A stretch of DNA of 64,000 bases from Myxococcota bacterium (GTDB lineage: Bacteria > Myxococcota_A > UBA9160 > JAFDDA01). The notes under the pieces are model-generated. The model searched no databases and had not been told where the DNA came from. It saw only the letters and a program-made list of their open reading frames with translations. Location: assembly GCA_965228475.1 (NCBI GenBank), contig OZ245817.1, positions 2,688,001 to 2,752,000 on the forward strand, given 5' to 3'. Below are positions 63,008 through 64,000 of this stretch, one piece after another (within the stretch, counting starts at the first letter, position 1; each line of letters begins with the position of its first letter). Position numbers and translations under genes: made by a program.

Positions 63008-64000
63008 ATGCCGTACATCAGCGACCGCCGCGTCCACGATGCCGACGCCCACATCATGGAGACCCCGAACTGGCTGCGCGACTACGCGGACCCGGCCCTC
63101 CGGGACCGCATCGCCCCGCCCGGCTACGCGAACGAGCTCAAGCAGACCGGCGAGAGCGGTCGCCCGGCCGATCTCGACGCGGCCTTCGAGCGGCTCGCGG
63201 AGCGCCACCGCTCGGCCGAGTACCGCGCCGACGAGGCCGCCGAGATCATGGGCCGCAAGAACTTCGCCGCCACGGGCTCGTTCCTTCCGGAAGACCGCGG
63301 GCGCGCCATCGACCTCATGGGCGTCGCCAGCCAGCTCGTCTTCAACACGTTCCACAACCGGCGCCTGCACGACTGGGAGCACGGCGACGATCTCGACCTC
63401 GCCTACGGCGTGGCCCGGGCCCACAACCGCGGCATGCTCGAGTTCTGCGCCGCCGACCGCCGCATGCTCGCCACCTGCTACGTGCCGCTGGTCGACTTCG
63501 CGCGCGCGCGCGCCATGGCCGAAGCGTCCCTCGCGGAGGGCGCCGCGGCCCTGCTCGTGGCCTCGGGCTGCCCGAAGGGCCACTCGCCGAGCCATCGTTC
63601 GCTCGACCCGGTCTGGGCCCTGGCCGAGGAGGCCGGCATCCCCATCGTGTTCCACGTCGGCGGCACCGGCGATCTGATCGACCCGGCCTACTTCGAGAAC
63701 GGCCTGCCCGTCCCGCCGGACTTCCACGGCGGCGAGGAGAACTTCCGATCGGTCGACTACATGGGCATTCCCGGCCCGCCCATGCAGACGCTCGCCACGA
63801 TGATCTTCGACGGCGTCCTCGAACGGTTCCCGAACCTCCGCATCGGCGTGATCGAACAGGGCGCGATCTGGCTGCCGAGCTGGATGCGGCAGATGGAATC
63901 CGCGGTCGAGGCCTTCGGCCGCCACGAGGAGCGCCTCCAGCAGCTGTCGCTGCGGCCGAGCGAGTACGTGCGCCGCCAGGTCCGCGTGACGCCCTACCCC
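63008..64000 (+). CDS. Amidohydrolase_2 family protein, truncated by the window end
   Basis: Translated by hand: MPYISDRRVHDADAHIMETP...VFHVGG...DGVLERFPNLRIGVIEQGA.WLP. Confidence 0.85.
   Translation, partial: MPYISDRRVHDADAHIMETPNWLRDYADPALRDRIAPPGYANELKQTGESGRPADLDAAFERLAERHRSAEYRADEAAEIMGRKNFAATGSFLPEDRGRAIDLMGVASQLVFNTFHNRRLHDWEHGDDLDLAYGVARAHNRGMLEFCAADRRMLATCYVPLVDFARARAMAEASLAEGAAALLVASGCPKGHSPSHRSLDPVWALAEEAGIPIVFHVGGTGDLIDPAYFENGLPVPPDFHGGEENFRSVDYMGIPGPPMQTLATMIFDGVLERFPNLRIGVIEQGAIWLPSWMRQMESAVEAFGRHEERLQQLSLRPSEYVRRQVRVTPYP

Noticed and set aside
4981..63677. Many long overlapping or antisense ORFs in the track (e.g. 4981-7530, 15448-19887, 21054-24245, 24680-27781, 48653-51388, 59700-63677)
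   Set aside because: They are Arg/Pro/Gly-rich or antisense shadows of genes with clear family motifs, as expected from stop-codon scarcity in high-GC DNA.
1..64000. Mobile elements, prophage, defence systems, tRNA/rRNA
   Set aside because: I recognised no integrase, transposase, phage, restriction or cas motifs, no tRNA/rRNA-like sequence, and no obvious compositional island.

Overview
A very GC-rich (roughly 70% by eye), densely coding bacterial chromosomal segment with about 45 genes. I found no rRNA, tRNA, CRISPR array, transposase or phage genes. The gene content (PEP-CTERM and Cys-type C-terminal sorting signals, long TPR lipoproteins, TSP3/dockerin-like tails, many amidohydrolases) looks like a diderm of the Myxococcota/deltaproteobacterial type; that placement is inference. 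The main theme is cell-surface protein display and decoration. It includes four PEP-CTERM proteins, two of them a near-identical tandem pair behind a sigma-54 promoter, and two PrsT-like TPR lipoproteins. It also includes four GT-C-fold membrane transferases (one TMTC-like, one STT3/AglB-like with a non-canonical WWDYG motif), a GT2-methyltransferase fusion and two Thr-type sulfatase-fold proteins. Three paralogous 'MFS/spermidine-synthase' fusions complete the set; their 13-TM topology and motifs suggest extracytoplasmic SAM-dependent methyltransferases with a built-in transporter. The best candidate for an undescribed system is a pathway that glycosylates and then methylates or otherwise substitutes PEP-CTERM surface proteins outside the cytoplasm. 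Other points of interest are a beta-propeller/diheme cytochrome c lipoprotein with a CX6CH motif, a candidate structured RNA upstream of the BON-LysM (Kbp-like) gene, and a possible ATT start codon. All calls come from motif recognition by eye; no searches were run.
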